Below, piece by piece: positions 13,755-27,159 of a stretch of DNA of 64,000 nt. The stretch lies in contig MQRK01222231.1 in the NCBI GenBank assembly GCA_001938485.1, positions 1-64,000 on the forward strand, in the 5' to 3' direction. The notes beneath the pieces are model-generated. The model saw only the letters and a list, made by a program, of their open reading frames with translations. It was not told the origin of the DNA and did no database searches. Positions within the stretch are counted from its first letter, which is position 1. Each line of letters opens with the position of its first letter. This DNA is from Girardia tigrina (lineage: Eukaryota). A program made the position numbers and the translations under genes.

Positions 13755-15520
13755 CCGTCATGAAAAAGCAAAGATATGTTTTGCAAAATTAATCAAAAGC
13801 TCCATTGCCTTTATTGAGATAATGGGATACTCTTCCCTCACAGAAATCCAGAACTGTGTTAAAGGCATTGATTTAAAATTTGTTTCCTAGGTGCAGTCAG
13901 TCGATAATTCAATGAGATTTTCCTTCTCTTTTGGTGTAGGTTTCATGAAATTAATGTATACTTTAAATGGATCACAAATCCAAACGTTGCAAGTGCAAGG
14001 ATCTACATCTTCATGATAATATTCGTCCAAATATTTAACCAATGCCAGCAGATGCTGACTTACTACACTGCAAATAACTGTTCGGTTCAAGTCAGTAGAC
14101 ATCAAATAGTCATCCAAAAAGGTAAGCATCGACAATTCTGCTTCCACATTATCAGTTTATTTTTTAATGCTTCCACCTTATTACAAAGAGTGAAAATATT
14201 CGTCATCCATCCTAGGAGAGACAAGTTGAAACTTTTGAGAATTGAGAATATATCAGCTAAGTAACCTTTGCAATCCATTCCTTATTTTCTAGACGGACCT
14301 TTGAACGTGTAGAAATTCTTTTATTTCTTCTCTCAATTCAAAGAATCTTGCCTCGTGACAACCACCTCACTTCAGAATGTAATATGAGTTACTGGTGCTC
14401 AGCATCCACATTCTCACACGGCATCTGAAACAGTAGAGAATTCAAAGATCAACTTTGAATTTCATTCACAATCTTCCCCATCTCATTCAGTATCATATTT
14501 AAGTCAGAAGACGACCTTTTTGCTGCTAGTTGTTCTCGATGGATTATACAAAGAGTAAACAACATGTCTGGATGAGCCCCTCTCTTCAATTTTGCTACTG
14601 TACCTGAATGCAATGCACGCATACTAGCAGCACCATCTGTGCATACTCTAACACACTTTCTTAAATCTAGGTTGTGTTCTTCAAAATAAACTGATAAAGC
14701 ACCAAATATCTCTGAGCTGGTTGTGCGTCCAGGCAAGTCAATGACACACAGAAGCTCTTCTTTGATGTCTCTTTCATCTTCTTACTGGACGAAACAGAGA
14801 AGAATGGCATAGTTGCTGATGTCTGTAGATTCATCCAACTGGATAACAAAGAATGGGGAGCTTTTAATTCTTCGATCACATTCTCTTTCACATCTGCAGT
14901 CATTTCTTTTATTCTTCTTTAAATTGTGTTACCATGAAGAGGAATCATCTTCAGTTTGTAAGCAGCTTGAGAGCCCAGAATTTCAGTTGCAACCTCGATG
15001 AGACACGGTTTTATTAAGTTTTCAACAATTGTGAATGCTTCTTTTACATTTTTCAATGTTTAAAGCAACATAAAACGATGCTTTCAGGAGAGATTTATCA
15101 GCAGTCTTCGCTTTCATCAAAGATTTTGACTAATTATCCAAATCTTTACGGAGTCGCTCAAAAATGGCAGTGGTTTCATTGCAAGATCTCAGAGCTTCGT
15201 ATTCAAATATCGACCAAGCTTTGATGGCTCCATGGCATTGGAAAACATCTCAGAACAAATGTCGCAAAGTGGTCGAGGTAAAATCTCACTTCCTGGTGCA
15301 ATAATGAAACCAAACTTATAGCACTCATTATCATAATGTCGAACAAAACTTTGTCTCAGCTTCTTTCATGTATGAATTTCACTACCATCATTTTCTGATT
15401 GCTTCGTCACCTGAACATCAGAAGCCAATGAATAGGCATTCAGCACTGGTATCAGTACTACGTAATTCCTCTTGACGAAGCCCGTACTTCAAAAAGCTTT
15501 CAATATTTTGCTGTTTCATT
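13755..15520 (-). mobile_element. Degenerate hAT/Charlie (SCAND3/ZBED5-like) transposase
   Basis: QLDESTDI, CTDGAASM, CIIHREQLA and SEVRWLSR motifs on the minus strand, with frameshifts. Confidence 0.85.
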
Positions 15521-16090
15521 CTGTAACACTTTCAACCCATAGATTTGAAAATGTAAAAATAAACAATTTAAATTCTTAATTAATTACATTGAATCAAACA
15601 ATTGTCCATAAAACTTATAAATTTTATAATTATAGGCTTTTCACTTTAAATTGAAAATTTTTCATTTTAAAATGAGGTATTTTCATTTTAAATTGAGACT
15701 TCTTGAATTTGAATTGATTTTTTATTTTGAAACTATTCTTTTTTACTTTCAGTTGAGATTTATTATTTTGAAATGATTTTTCTATTTATAATTGAATTCT
15801 TGTCTTCAGTTATAATTTTACCAACTATAATTATAATTTTATAATTTAACCACCCGCACTCAGAATCCCCTCGCAACACACGAAACCAGTACTTGATCTC
15901 CCCAAGAAGCATCAAAGAGAAAGAGGATGCCCCAAAATTGATATTTTTAAAAATAATATAATTATTATATATACAATATTTATTTTTAATATATATAATA
16001 ATAATACATTGCAAGAATAATAATAATAATAATAATAATAACACAAAAAAAATCAAAATCAAATGTAATCTCTGAAGCAGGCAACCGGGA

Positions 16091-16100
16091 TCTGCTACCA
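16091..16100 (-). promoter_or_regulatory. Putative LTR-retroelement primer-binding site (tRNA-iMet-like TGGTAGCAGA)
   Basis: Minus-strand ...caacattc TGGTAGCAGAtcccgg; same 10-mer as the longer PBS at 42398-42418. Confidence 0.45.
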
Positions 16101-16119
16101 GAATGTTGTTGCATTTTTT

Positions 16120-16826
16120 GTATAATTTTATTATGCATTTCGTTTCGAAATTTTCTTTGAATAAATCATAATTTTCCGGTTCGAAAATCGCCTCCATCTT
16201 TAAATCGTGCTCTTGCACCTCTGAGAAAATATTTTCACAATAACTCAATAATTCTCCTTTGATTGATTTAATTTATTTTGGGTCGCAATAATGTTGACAG
16301 ATAAAAGAGCGATCTATATCGGAACATTCAATTTCTTTATGAACATTCGAATAACGTTGAGAGATTGTTTTTTTGCGGATTTATTCGGTTTCAAATTGAT
16401 GTGCCAATCATGAATCATTTTTTTTATCACACCCGGTGGAAAACATAATTTTGTACTCGGATTCAACGTTTTACTAGTCAGAATTTTTGCGACATCATTA
16501 ATTAAATTATCCATCACAAATTGTCTATTTTTTCCGTCAATTGGAGCTCTCATTTCTCCAATATAATTTTACAAATCTCCATAATATTCGTCGTTTGAAA
16601 ATCGTCTTTCGAATGGTCTTTGCTCGCTATTTCCGCTTTCGACACATTCGTATAAATCAGCTCATTTTGCAGAGCTTGGATTTGAAAGTTTTTATCGCCA
16701 AGCGATCATTTTATTCGGAAAATACGCTATTTCAAATTGACAACGTTTTCTATCGGTTTTTACGATTAGTTTCACATCGGAAACATTTGTCAATTGCTTT
16801 TGATTAGTCGGAGAAAATAATGCCAC
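16120..16826 (-). pseudogene. SBDS: Intronless SBDS (Shwachman-Bodian-Diamond ribosome maturation factor) pseudogene
   Basis: Stitched minus-strand translation (V)ALFSPTNQKQLTNVSDVKL..FEIAYFPNKMIAWR*..IYTNVSKAEIASK..EICKIILEK*ELQLTEK..INDVAKILTSKTLNPSTK..IHDWHINLKPNKSAKKQSLNVI follows the SBDS N-terminal and middle domains; start is GTG; stops and frameshifts. Confidence 0.85.
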
Positions 16827-17091
16827 CAGAAAATGCTAATTTTAAGTACTAATTATATTTAAAAATTGAAAACTCGAAATTCAATCACAACTGTTTATTT
16901 TTAATCGACATTCAAAATTTTTTAATTTACCATCATATTATTTAAACAAATCATTAATTATTTTTTCCAGTAATTCACATAATTACAATTAAAAACTTTT
17001 TAACAAACAAATACAATAAATTTTATAAATATATATATAAATATAAAATCTATATATATAAATAGATTTTTTTTACTTTTAATAAAAAAAT

Positions 17092-17094
<3 letters not shown>

Positions 17095-17126
<32 letters not shown>
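17095..17126. repeat. (TA)n microsatellite
   Basis: Direct reading of the sequence. Confidence 0.9.
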
Positions 17127-17129
<3 letters not shown>

Positions 17130-17618
17130 CAATTCGTTACACTCATGACGATCTTCCGTTGATGTCACACCGAAGCACAGGGGGATTCTGGTGGTTCCCT
17201 CAATATCGGTCGTTTGTGGGGCCGCCCACGCGATATTGAATTGATCCTTGTTGATTGAATTCGCTAAGCTCGTCCTAGGAGTCCCCAACCAGCGAGGGTC
17301 TTTGATTACCACCGACCTGGCCACCAGTTTAGACAAAGACTCCATCGTCGAACACAACGATAAGATAAATTCGTGCAGCAGCTGGGATGAGCTCTGTGAC
17401 AAGGTTTCTCACAAGAGAGTAGTTCGGCTCTTAGCGAAAGGGAGCACTAAACCAGAACAATGTATTTCACAAAATAATTCTACTCTAGAATCTTTATCGA
17501 ATCTTAGATTTAAGCATTATACTTGATCATCCTGAACGAGACCACATTATTGATATTTGAAGCTTGAGTTTTATTTAAATATATATTAAATTCTTTGAAA
17601 ATAATTATTTCAATTTAG

Positions 17619-17879
17619 GAAATTATAGTCTCACAATAAAACCAAATGTATCCATTTACTTGACAAAATATCCCATGTATGTTTTTTGCCAGTTATTTCC
17701 AGTTATTCTAGATACTTTAGTACTTAATATTGATCTTTCTACTTCTCAAGTTCCGTATCAAAGACTGGGTGTCAGAAATATATCATTTGGCCCAATTATC
17801 GGATCTGTAACACAAACTGTTTGTGTTACATGTGGCCATCGAATTATGACAAATGTTACTCATTGTTATCAACCTTATG
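17619..17879 (+). CDS. Exon A4 of multi-Ig-like-domain gene (phase 1-1, 261 bp)
   Basis: tttag|GA acceptor, G|gtatac donor; (G)NYSLTIKPNVSIY...VFC...TVCVTCG..CYQPYG. Confidence 0.8.
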
Positions 17880-18159
17880 GTATACCTTTCAATTTATTAA
17901 TAATACTGCTTAAATGTGGTCATTAATCATAACTGTTTACATGTCATAAAACTGCAGACTAAAATCTACTTCATAATGTTATAAATATCTATATATAAGC
18001 TTAATTAACAATAACCATATTCATAAAACATATTGCAGTTATAATTTTTTAGTTTTCTATAGTAAAATGTTTTTGTTCCAATAATTTGTATAGTTTATAA
18101 CTAATGTTTTAAAACTTATAAGAAAAACTATGATAAAATTGTTGTACATTATTTATTTA

Positions 18160-18496
18160 CTACCGTCTTACTTCGAAAAAAAACAGGTAGGCGTTGTATT
18201 TGAGATAAACAAAAAATCATTATTTATAAAAGATAAAAAAATTTTCTGGTTTATTTATAAAAAATAAAAAAAAATTTCTCACATTTTTGAACCAAATTTT
18301 AAATTGATTAAATATGTTTTTATTAAAATTAATTGTAAAAAATTGTTTTTTTATCATTTACTCTACAAAATTTTTTTTGATAAATATTTGAGCTTCTCTC
18401 GAATATTACGCTTTGAGCACTTTATTCGAATTGTGCCCCAAGTATGTGTACCATTCAAACACAAAGGCTAGGCATTTTTTTAAGGTAAGGCGGTAG
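18160..18496. mobile_element. Tc1/mariner/pogo-type MITE
   Basis: TA-flanked inverted termini CTACCGTCTTAC... / ...GTAAGGCGGTAG; no coding capacity. Confidence 0.7.
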
Positions 18497-18650
18497 TAAT
18501 TAATCACATATTAACGCACAAAAAATAATTATATATACATTATCCGATCCTTAATATGACAAGTGCCAAAAATAATTTTTTCACATATTAAGCGAAAAGA
18601 TATACTAAACGGCAACTTGTTAAAAATAAATAAAAAATAATGAAATTAAA

Positions 18651-20647
18651 GGGTATGTATTGTTTTGACTCCGACCGTTTTGACCCCGTTCGTCTTGACC
18701 AGGTTTGTTCTGACCCGAGTTTTAATTTAATTGAATTATTTTTTTTTATTTTTGATTGTTTTAAACCCATTTTTTTAGTTAAAGTTAATTACATTTTTCT
18801 TTTGGACGGTTTTGACCCAATTTCAAATATATATATATATATATATATATATTTTTTTTGAGCGGTTTTGACCCCATTTTTTAAAATGTAATTTTTGGAA
18901 TATTTTTATTTTAGACTGTGTCGACTCCATTTTTTAAATTTTTTAGTTTTTAAATTTAACTAAATTACTTTTTTATTTTAGATGGTTTTTTTCTTAACTT
19001 TATTATTGTTGTTTAAGTGAAGACTTTACGGTAATATTTTTACTTAATTTAATTTAACTAGTATGCTTTATTATTTTTCAAGAATATGACTTTTTTAAAA
19101 AAAGAGAAAAAAGAATGTACCCAAATAAATGGTATTTGTACTCATTCGCAAAGTGTGTTGCTGACAACAGTCAAATTTCTTGGCGTTGCAATCAAACGCA
19201 GAATTTCAACAAAGGTAGGAAATGGTGACCTTTTAACTATTGTAACAGTTCATTGCCACGACTCTTGTGCAGCAAGCCTAGATGTAGCTCGACGAATTAC
19301 AAATATTAAAGAACGTGCTGTTGCAAATAAAGAAATTCATCCAAAATTATTATTAATTGTTCACAAAACATTCCACAGTCAGTGCAAGGGATTTTTCGAA
19401 GGCAAAATGTAAACCGCCAAGTGATCCAGTGCACCAAAAATGCCTATAACGTGGTTCCGATTCAGCCGATTAATCGAGAATCCATTGAATTACCCGAATC
19501 TATGCTGACGGAACTTTTAAATTGACGCCACATATGTTTTCCCAAGTGTTTGTTATTTTGGCTGAACGTGGAGAGTTTTTTACCTATTATATATTCTCTT
19601 TTGCCAAGTAAAACTACTGAAACGTATGGATGAATGATACAATTAATTTGCAGGAGATTTCCACATTTTAATCCTTAGATTATTTCAACGGATTTTGAAC
19701 TCACTATCATGTGTGCATTTTCTACCCAATTTCCCCTATCTGTTGTTCATGGCTGCTTTTATCATTTAATTAAAAATATAAAACGAAAAGTATCCGAAGA
19801 AGGTCTAATGAGAAATTATAATAGTGACCCAGATTTGGCACTGATAATATTGAGGTTGCAATCGATTGTTTATCAGAGCTAGAAACGTTTCCCGAGAATT
19901 TACTTCCTACCTTGAATTATTTCGAAGATACTTATGTTGGAAGAATGCAGAGAAACAACCGATATTCACTCTAGATATATGATCCGTCTATCATCGAACA
20001 TTTGATGGTGAGTCACGAACAAACAACTTTGCAGAATCCTCTCATTCACGTTTTTAAGTTAAATTCGCGGTAGACCATCCAATTTTATGGAAATTTATTA
20101 ATGGAATTAAAAATGTCCAAAGATCTATAGACATAGTTCATGAGGACTTTGTTAGAAGAGACAGTGCAACATCTAAAAGTGAAAAATTATGATGTCCGTA
20201 TTCTGAAAATTGTTCAAAGTTTCGATAATCGTGAAATTTCTAAATAATTACGTGGAATTGCAAACAATTTTTATATGGAATAATTTAATATTTGGCTGCA
20301 ATAGTTGTTGGTATTCACTTGACTTGAGTTCTTATGAATATATATATTTAAAATGACATTGTATGTTTTTATAGTATAATAATGAAGTTGTGGCAAATAA
20401 TTTAATAAAATATTTACTTAAAAAAATTTAAAATTAAATAACAAATATGAATATATAAAAAATAATAAAATTTAACTAAAAATGTGTTCAAAACTGTCTA
20501 AAATAAAAATATTCAAAAAAATTACATTTTAAAAAATGGGGTCAAACCGTCTAAAATCCAAATATTCATTAAAGTAATTAAATTAAACTAAAACTCGGGT
20601 CAAAAGAAATCGTGGTTAAAACGGTCGGGTCAAAACAAACTGTTTTC
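18651..20647 (+). mobile_element. Mutator-like (MULE) DNA transposon, degenerate
   Basis: Long repeat-rich TIRs (ttttgaccc / gggtcaaaa); 9-bp TSD gaaattaaa/gaaattaat; transposase motifs DGTFK, STDFE, HGCFYH and RTNNFAE. Confidence 0.85.
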
Positions 20648-21853
20648 GAAATTAATAGTTCAAAGGAAAAACAATAAAATATTAATCTTATATCTTATTA
20701 TTTTTATTTATTAATTAAGTGTCATGTAACGCCATAATTTTGAACAACTTTATTTTGGCAACAATCGCATTATGTACAAATCATTTGTTGACTTTTCCTA
20801 AACAATCTGCAAACATATCAAACTTTATTTATTAGATTTGTTAAATTTTCATATAAATAAGGAGAAAAACAGAATTTTATCTTTGTTAAATTTTTAATCT
20901 AATTTATCATCTTCAATTTCTTCTACATCATTTTAAAAGAGTATTCAAGTCATAAGATTGATGTTTTTTATTTCACATGCAATTTTATATTGCTATATTT
21001 AATCCATGGGAAAATCATTTTTGAACTATACCAGAAATTAAACCATATCTAATTATCATACAGGATCTATCATTTGTTAAAAAAATCGGCCTCCGATATC
21101 TTTAAAGAATGGTATTGAGCCTATATGCTCTTTAGATGGTTAACCAATACCAAATTAGTCTATAAGCCCCCGACAGGCCTCCTACGGAGACATCAGCCTT
21201 TTGCTTTCGTGCACGCTTCGGGAATCCAATGAAAAACAACTAATCATGTGTAGTGGTCCCATGATTTTGTATCCCTTTCACTATGTACATGGACTTCACC
21301 CATCCACAAAACTGGTATCTGCATGTAATTCTCACAGTTAGATCTGTAATGCGGTAGTCAAAATTGTTTTCTAAAGGACTCGCTTCTAACTGTACTGTCG
21401 AAGCAATCATGGGAGTGATGATTGGTACTTGAGTTGCGTTTTCTTTTGGTATCGTTTTCAGTGGTTGATTCATTTCTTCTGATTGCCTAGACTAATAGTT
21501 GTTTAATTTTAAGAATTGTTCGAGATTAAGATCAAGATTCATGACTAAATTTTTATTTACTACAACTTTCATTATACAAACAAATTTATGAGGAATATTT
21601 TTTCAGTTTGCATAAACCAGATTTTAAAATTCTAAATATAAATATAAATATCTCTATATATAATTTTTAATTTGGTAAGTTTTGTATAAATTATATTTTA
21701 TTTTTTTACAATTTTTATTTAACCTAAATATGATTTTTAAACCTTTAACTATAAAATATTTTTAATGGGATTCTAATGAAAAATTTATTTCATAAAATAT
21801 TTATTTTCATTTTAATTTTTAAAAACACTATTATAAAAATATTTTAACAAAAA

Positions 21854-22380
21854 ATGCCAAAAAGACTTCTAATAGCTCTGCATCCAAGTTTTTTGAAATT
21901 AGTTGATCAGTCATCATTGACTCGAGGAAACAAGAAAAACAATTGTAAGATGAGACCAAACTACTTCATCAGACAGGAAAGTAGTATTGAATGTGCCTGT
22001 GTGTTGAACGAAGGAAACTAACTTCAACAAAAATCGAAGAGGAATTATTTGCGTGATATGAGGAAGAATATATTAAGAAGAAAGTCTAGATTTCTCCAGG
22101 AGGTTTAGTGGATAAAGCCAGAGCAATCTATAACCGTGAAACAGCGATAGGTGAGAAGCTGAAAATGAAGTTTTCAAAAAGCTGGTTGAAAAAATTCATT
22201 GCGCGACACATTATCGTACATAGTCGTACCACAACTGTTTGCAAAAAAGCCACCAAAGGATTACATTGAAAAGCTTGTGTCATTTATTCTCTTTATTTCC
22301 CAGAAGCAACAGCAGGAAAACTATGAACGGGAGATGATTTATAATATAATAACTAGAATTCAAATTCCGAACGCCAGCAT
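21854..22380 (+). mobile_element. pogo/Tigger transposase N-terminal (CENP-B HTH) remnant
   Basis: KFSKSWLKKF..R....RTTTVC motif; truncated by the adjacent Tc1 element. Confidence 0.55.
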
Positions 22381-22570
22381 GTGAAAAACTATTTAAATAA
22401 TTATAGCGACATGTTCCTTTTAAATTAGATGGTTGGTAAATATTATAAAATTATATTATGAAATTCAATTTTTATTCCACAAAAGAAGTTTCAAAAAGTT
22501 TCTAATTTGTGTTTTATAACTAAAACATGATAATGAACAAAATTAACATTAGATTCTCCATTTTATGATA

Positions 22571-24060
22571 TACTGAGCGACAAATTTACACTTACGCTTT
22601 AGTTTATATCGTAATGATATGTAAAAATATTAAAATTTTTATGTGTTATTTTTAATTTTAAGGTTTATAAAAAGTAAATAAAAATTTGTCACTAATGAAA
22701 TTGCATTTGTGCTAAAAAATTTATTGAAAATTTAATTTCATGCATAGTTAAAAACGACAAATTTTAAAACAGTAACATTTATTCTAGGACATTAAAATGT
22801 AGTACAGATTTCCATTCACTTTTAATATCTTGTACAGTCGATTTCTTATTCACCTATACAATTCGATAACAATATGTCTTCTAGATGAATTAATCAAGTG
22901 TATGGCATTTTTGATTGATAACCATAATTCTGACTTATTTTTATACTGAGTGCCATCGTAAACAATGTCGGATATTTTCTTCCACATGTCCTCAGTAATA
23001 TTTAAATATGGACTTTTCGCAGGCCAATTAAGTACAGAAATTTCACTTTTTTTCATAAAGTCCTTTATAAGTTTTCTTTTATGAACCGGACTATTGTCTT
23101 CCTAGAAGTAGAAATTATAACCACAGTTAAGTTTTATGATAGGAATAGCATTATGTATTATAATTGCTTATAATCTTTATATCCGAATTTTCCTTCTATG
23201 ATTTTGTGTGAAAGAAGTCCGTTAGGCAGAACCATCATCCAGACCATAACACTACACCCTTTACACTGACGCTTTGGACGAGTATATTTTCGATTTTTTG
23301 AATTTATGTTCTCCAATCATCTGGCCTATCCAATGTGAATCTTTTCTCATCCGTAAATATTGTCGTTTCCCAACTGTGGTTTTCGCTAATCCATCTAGAA
23401 ATATGATCAATTCTATCATTCTTCTATTTCCTTGATAACGATATTTCTGCATTAATTTTTTGATATTTGTAACCTACAGCTTTCAGATGTCTTTTTACTG
23501 TCCGAATTGAACAATTTAAATCGCATTCTGCAATCAATTTAGAAGAATTAATTTTTTGAAAATTTGACTGCAAATGTTCTATCGTCCTCTTAATTGATAA
23601 CTTCCTATGTTTTGTTAATTTTTGTCGCAGTCCTTTTTTCTTGAGACATCTTTTCTTATTATATCGACAAAGATTAATTGCCGAATTTCTAGAAATCTCT
23701 GAATAACTCAACCCTTCCGTTTTCCACTTCCTTACCAAATGTCTTTCAAAATTACTTCTCATTTCTGTCTAGAATTTAAGACAATATCTGTATATTTATA
23801 AATAATATCAATTAAACTTGGTAAATCATTTAATAATATAAAAAATCTTACTGTTTCAAAAAATATGTCGACTTAGAATTTTTACGTAATAAATAAATTT
23901 AAATGATTTATTTAAACAAAATGCTTTATCCATTTCTATTTATACTAAACGTAACACTTGACAAAATTATTTGATTCACTACATTCATTACTCAAAATAA
24001 TGTTTATTTTCTTTTATTTATTAAATAATACAAGTATTTTAAAAAATTTGTCGCTCAGTA
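22571..24060 (-). mobile_element. Tc1-like element with intact TIRs and decayed transposase
   Basis: TIR tactgagcgacaaattt at both ends with TA flanks; HTH (23424-23762) and WPAKSPYLNITEDMW (22850-23056). Confidence 0.85.
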
Positions 24061-24061
24061 T

Positions 24062-25317
24062 ATATTTCATGATGGCCATTGAAAAAGAATCATGATGTTA
24101 AAACTGTTAATTTTATGATATCTATAAATAGAATCATGAGTCAGTGTTACGTGATTCTGTGAGTATTGCGTAGGGTAAGACTCTGTTTGGCAAGCAATCA
24201 GAATGCCTTTTGAAACTTTTATATGCCATATATGTATATACGTATTTGATTTTCTGCATTACTTTGAAGTCTATTATAATAAGGAGTATTCACAATACAT
24301 CATCCACTAAATAAGCAAAGATAGTGGCGCTGCGTTACAAAGATTTATCAAAACGTGCTATTGTAACATGGCGTGGTGATAATTTGTCGGTTGTGTCTTA
24401 GTTTATAATGGAGCTGTTTTGCTAAGCAATATCCTAGAAAACGACGAATGACAGTACCAAGAACGGACATAATAAAAAGATAGCTGAAAAATTATTTTGG
24501 CTTGCGTGCGTATCGCCCTGCATATGCACCGCGCATGTCGAAAAAGACTATTTCCGACAGATTTATTTTAGTTGGGTAAATACAATGATTTTACTACTGA
24601 GGTGTATCCTACCATTATGTTTTCTGATGAGACAGTCATCAAACAGTGTTATATTCATTCAGCTCACATATTCACTGACCATAGTGAAAACGCTATATTT
24701 TCAAGTACAATATCCCCAAGATGAAGATGTCTCCTTTAACAATACTATGGAGTTATATTTCAATTAATGACACAGGCCTACGTGGTTCTTACCCAAAATA
24801 GGACGAAAATCGCTACCGTGTACTATAATATATTGAAAAACAATTTATGCATCTTCATGCAACGTTAAGAAAGCACAGTCTTCCAACATAATACAACACT
24901 TACCCACACAGATAAATGCGAGAAATCCTGGCGATCTGAGCAGGGTATTACTCGACTGTCACCATGACGGAGCGGATCTTCATATCATAATCCGATTGAA
25001 AACTGTTAGACTATCACTAAGACAAAAATTACAACCCTCAAGCCAATGTCGGCCGCTGACCTGTGTGACAAAATAAAGTTGAAGTAGTTAGCAGAAATTA
25101 CACTTGATTACTGCAAGTGGCTGATTGATTTAATGACCCGCATAATTGTATCTGTAATTTAACCCATAGGCTAAGCACTAGTGGAAACTATCGTCTGTAA
25201 TACTCTTCTGTAAATAAAACGCATATTTCTGGTGTAACTAAAAAAGATAAAAGCGTGATACTTTGTGATATTTATAAATTCATATAGTGATTCCATTTCA
25301 ATCGCCAGAATGGTATA
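24062..25317 (+). mobile_element. Degenerate Tc1-like element
   Basis: Imperfect TIRs (tggccattgaaaaagaatca / tgattccatttcaatcgcca); FSDETV, HDGA and NPIEN-like motif remnants. Confidence 0.6.
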
Positions 25318-25498
25318 ATACTCTAAATGAAAATCAGAAATTAAATTATGTTAAAGTTTATAAATAAATTAAAACCAAAATATATTTTTAGTTTGAAAAG
25401 AAAATATTGTGCAAATAATTGATGATTTGTGCCATGTCATTTTTCTGTGTATAAATGCAAATATCATGCAATTATATAAATATATTTAAAACATTTAG

Positions 25499-25765
25499 TG
25501 GGTGACGTTCAAATTTCTATTAAACCAGATATGGAATTTATTTACAGAAGATATCAACATTTAATAACATGTGAGTATGTACCTTATTATATTGAAAAAC
25601 AAAGTGTATATTTCAAATTGTTTAATATACCAAATATTTTCGTTGGAGAAAATAATAAATTAGAAAAATGGTTATTAGGAACTTTACCATATACATTTAC
25701 AATCGCCTGTTTGGTATGCGGAAATACTCACATTATGAATACCAGTAGATGCTATAAACTTTCAG
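25499..25765 (+). CDS. Exon A5 of multi-Ig-like-domain gene (phase 1-1, 267 bp)
   Basis: tttag|TG acceptor, CAG|gtaatt donor; (V)GDVQISIKPDMEFIY...ITC...IACLVCG..CYKLSG. Confidence 0.8.
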
Positions 25766-25793
25766 GTAATTAAATAAAATACAAACGTTATTA

Positions 25794-27151
25794 CGAGGGG
25801 TGTCCCAAAAGTTCGTGGACTGATAAGTAAAAACAAATTCAAAAACTTTATTCCAGTTAATAAAATTGATTAATCCTCATCAGAATGACTATCGAACTTT
25901 TCAATATAATCACCATTCAGTTTCACACACTTTTCCCATCTTTATGTCAACTTCCTACTACCATTATCGAAGAAAATGCGCGGTGTCTCCGCAATACACG
26001 CATTGACTGCTGTTTTCATTTCATCCAAATTCGCGAAATGATGTCATCGAAAGGGTTTCTTCAATATCGAGAACAGGTGATAATCACTCGGCGCGATATC
26101 CGGTGAATATGGGGAGTGAGGCTAAAGTGTCCAGCGAATCGTTGCACGGTACTGACAGTCAACTTCGCTGTATGTGGACGTGCGTTGTCCTGATGCAATA
26201 ATGTGATGGATGACAACTTTCTCCACTGTTAGTTCTTGAGAGCTTTGTACAGATCTTTGTCGAGCAGGTTCGTGTAGTATGAACTGTTGATGGTGGCCCC
26301 CTTTAGCAGCTAATCAATGTGAATTATCCCATCACAGTCCCAAAAGACTGTAACCATTATCTTCCCGTCTGAAGGGACGGTCTGTCACCTGGGCGGCACC
26401 ATTGATGGGACTGCTCCTTAGTTTCAGGAAGATAAAACGGGAGGCACGTTTCGTCCACTGTCACAATCCGTAACCAGAACGCTTCACCCGAGATCATGAA
26501 CCAGTTGCAGCAGTTCTTGACAAACAGACTTTCGATTAGCCTTCTGATCGTTGTTGAGGAGGCGCGGAACCCAGCTGGCAGTCAGTTTCCTCATATGCAG
26601 CACCTCTGACATGATGCGGTGCACCTGACTTTTAGAAACGCCTGTAATAGCTGCTATCTCGAGGATAGTGAGACATCTGTCACCAAGAATGACTTCTTCA
26701 ATAACTTTCACATTTTCTTGACATCCGGACGTTGTTGGTCGTCCACTGCCTTCATTATCCTCCAATGATTGACGCCCTGCCGGGAATCGTTGCACCCACT
26801 TAACGGCAGCCGTTATTCCCATAGCGGCATCACCAAAGACGCTTTAATGTTGTGCAAACGGTGTAAACGGTGCACAATATCTGCAGTGGGGGTGTCGTCC
26901 TTCCAGAGGAAATAGATGATTACTCGTAGAGATTTCACTGCCTCTTCCATACTAACTACAAGGGAAAAAAATGACAAAATCATCCATTCGTATGTCACAC
27001 ACATGCCGACGGGCAGCTAATGAGAGTTCACCTCAATTACAATTGATGGGTTCCCCCCTCATGTCATCGTACACACACCGCGCGTTACATTGACACACAC
27101 ACGTGACCACACAATATTCTCTCAGTCCGTGAACTTTTGGGACACCCCTCG
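25794..27151 (-). mobile_element. Full-length mariner element with inactivated transposase
   Basis: ~30-bp TIRs cgaggggtgtcccaaaagttc(g/a)(t/c)ggactga with TA TSD; WVPRLL, VTVDET and HQDNARPH motifs; frameshifts. Confidence 0.9.
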
Positions 27152-27159
27152 TAATAAGA

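Noticed and set aside
17128-17530. GC-richer segment with overlapping ORFs upstream of exon A4
   Set aside because: No recognisable motif; probably a retroelement fragment, but I cannot support a call.
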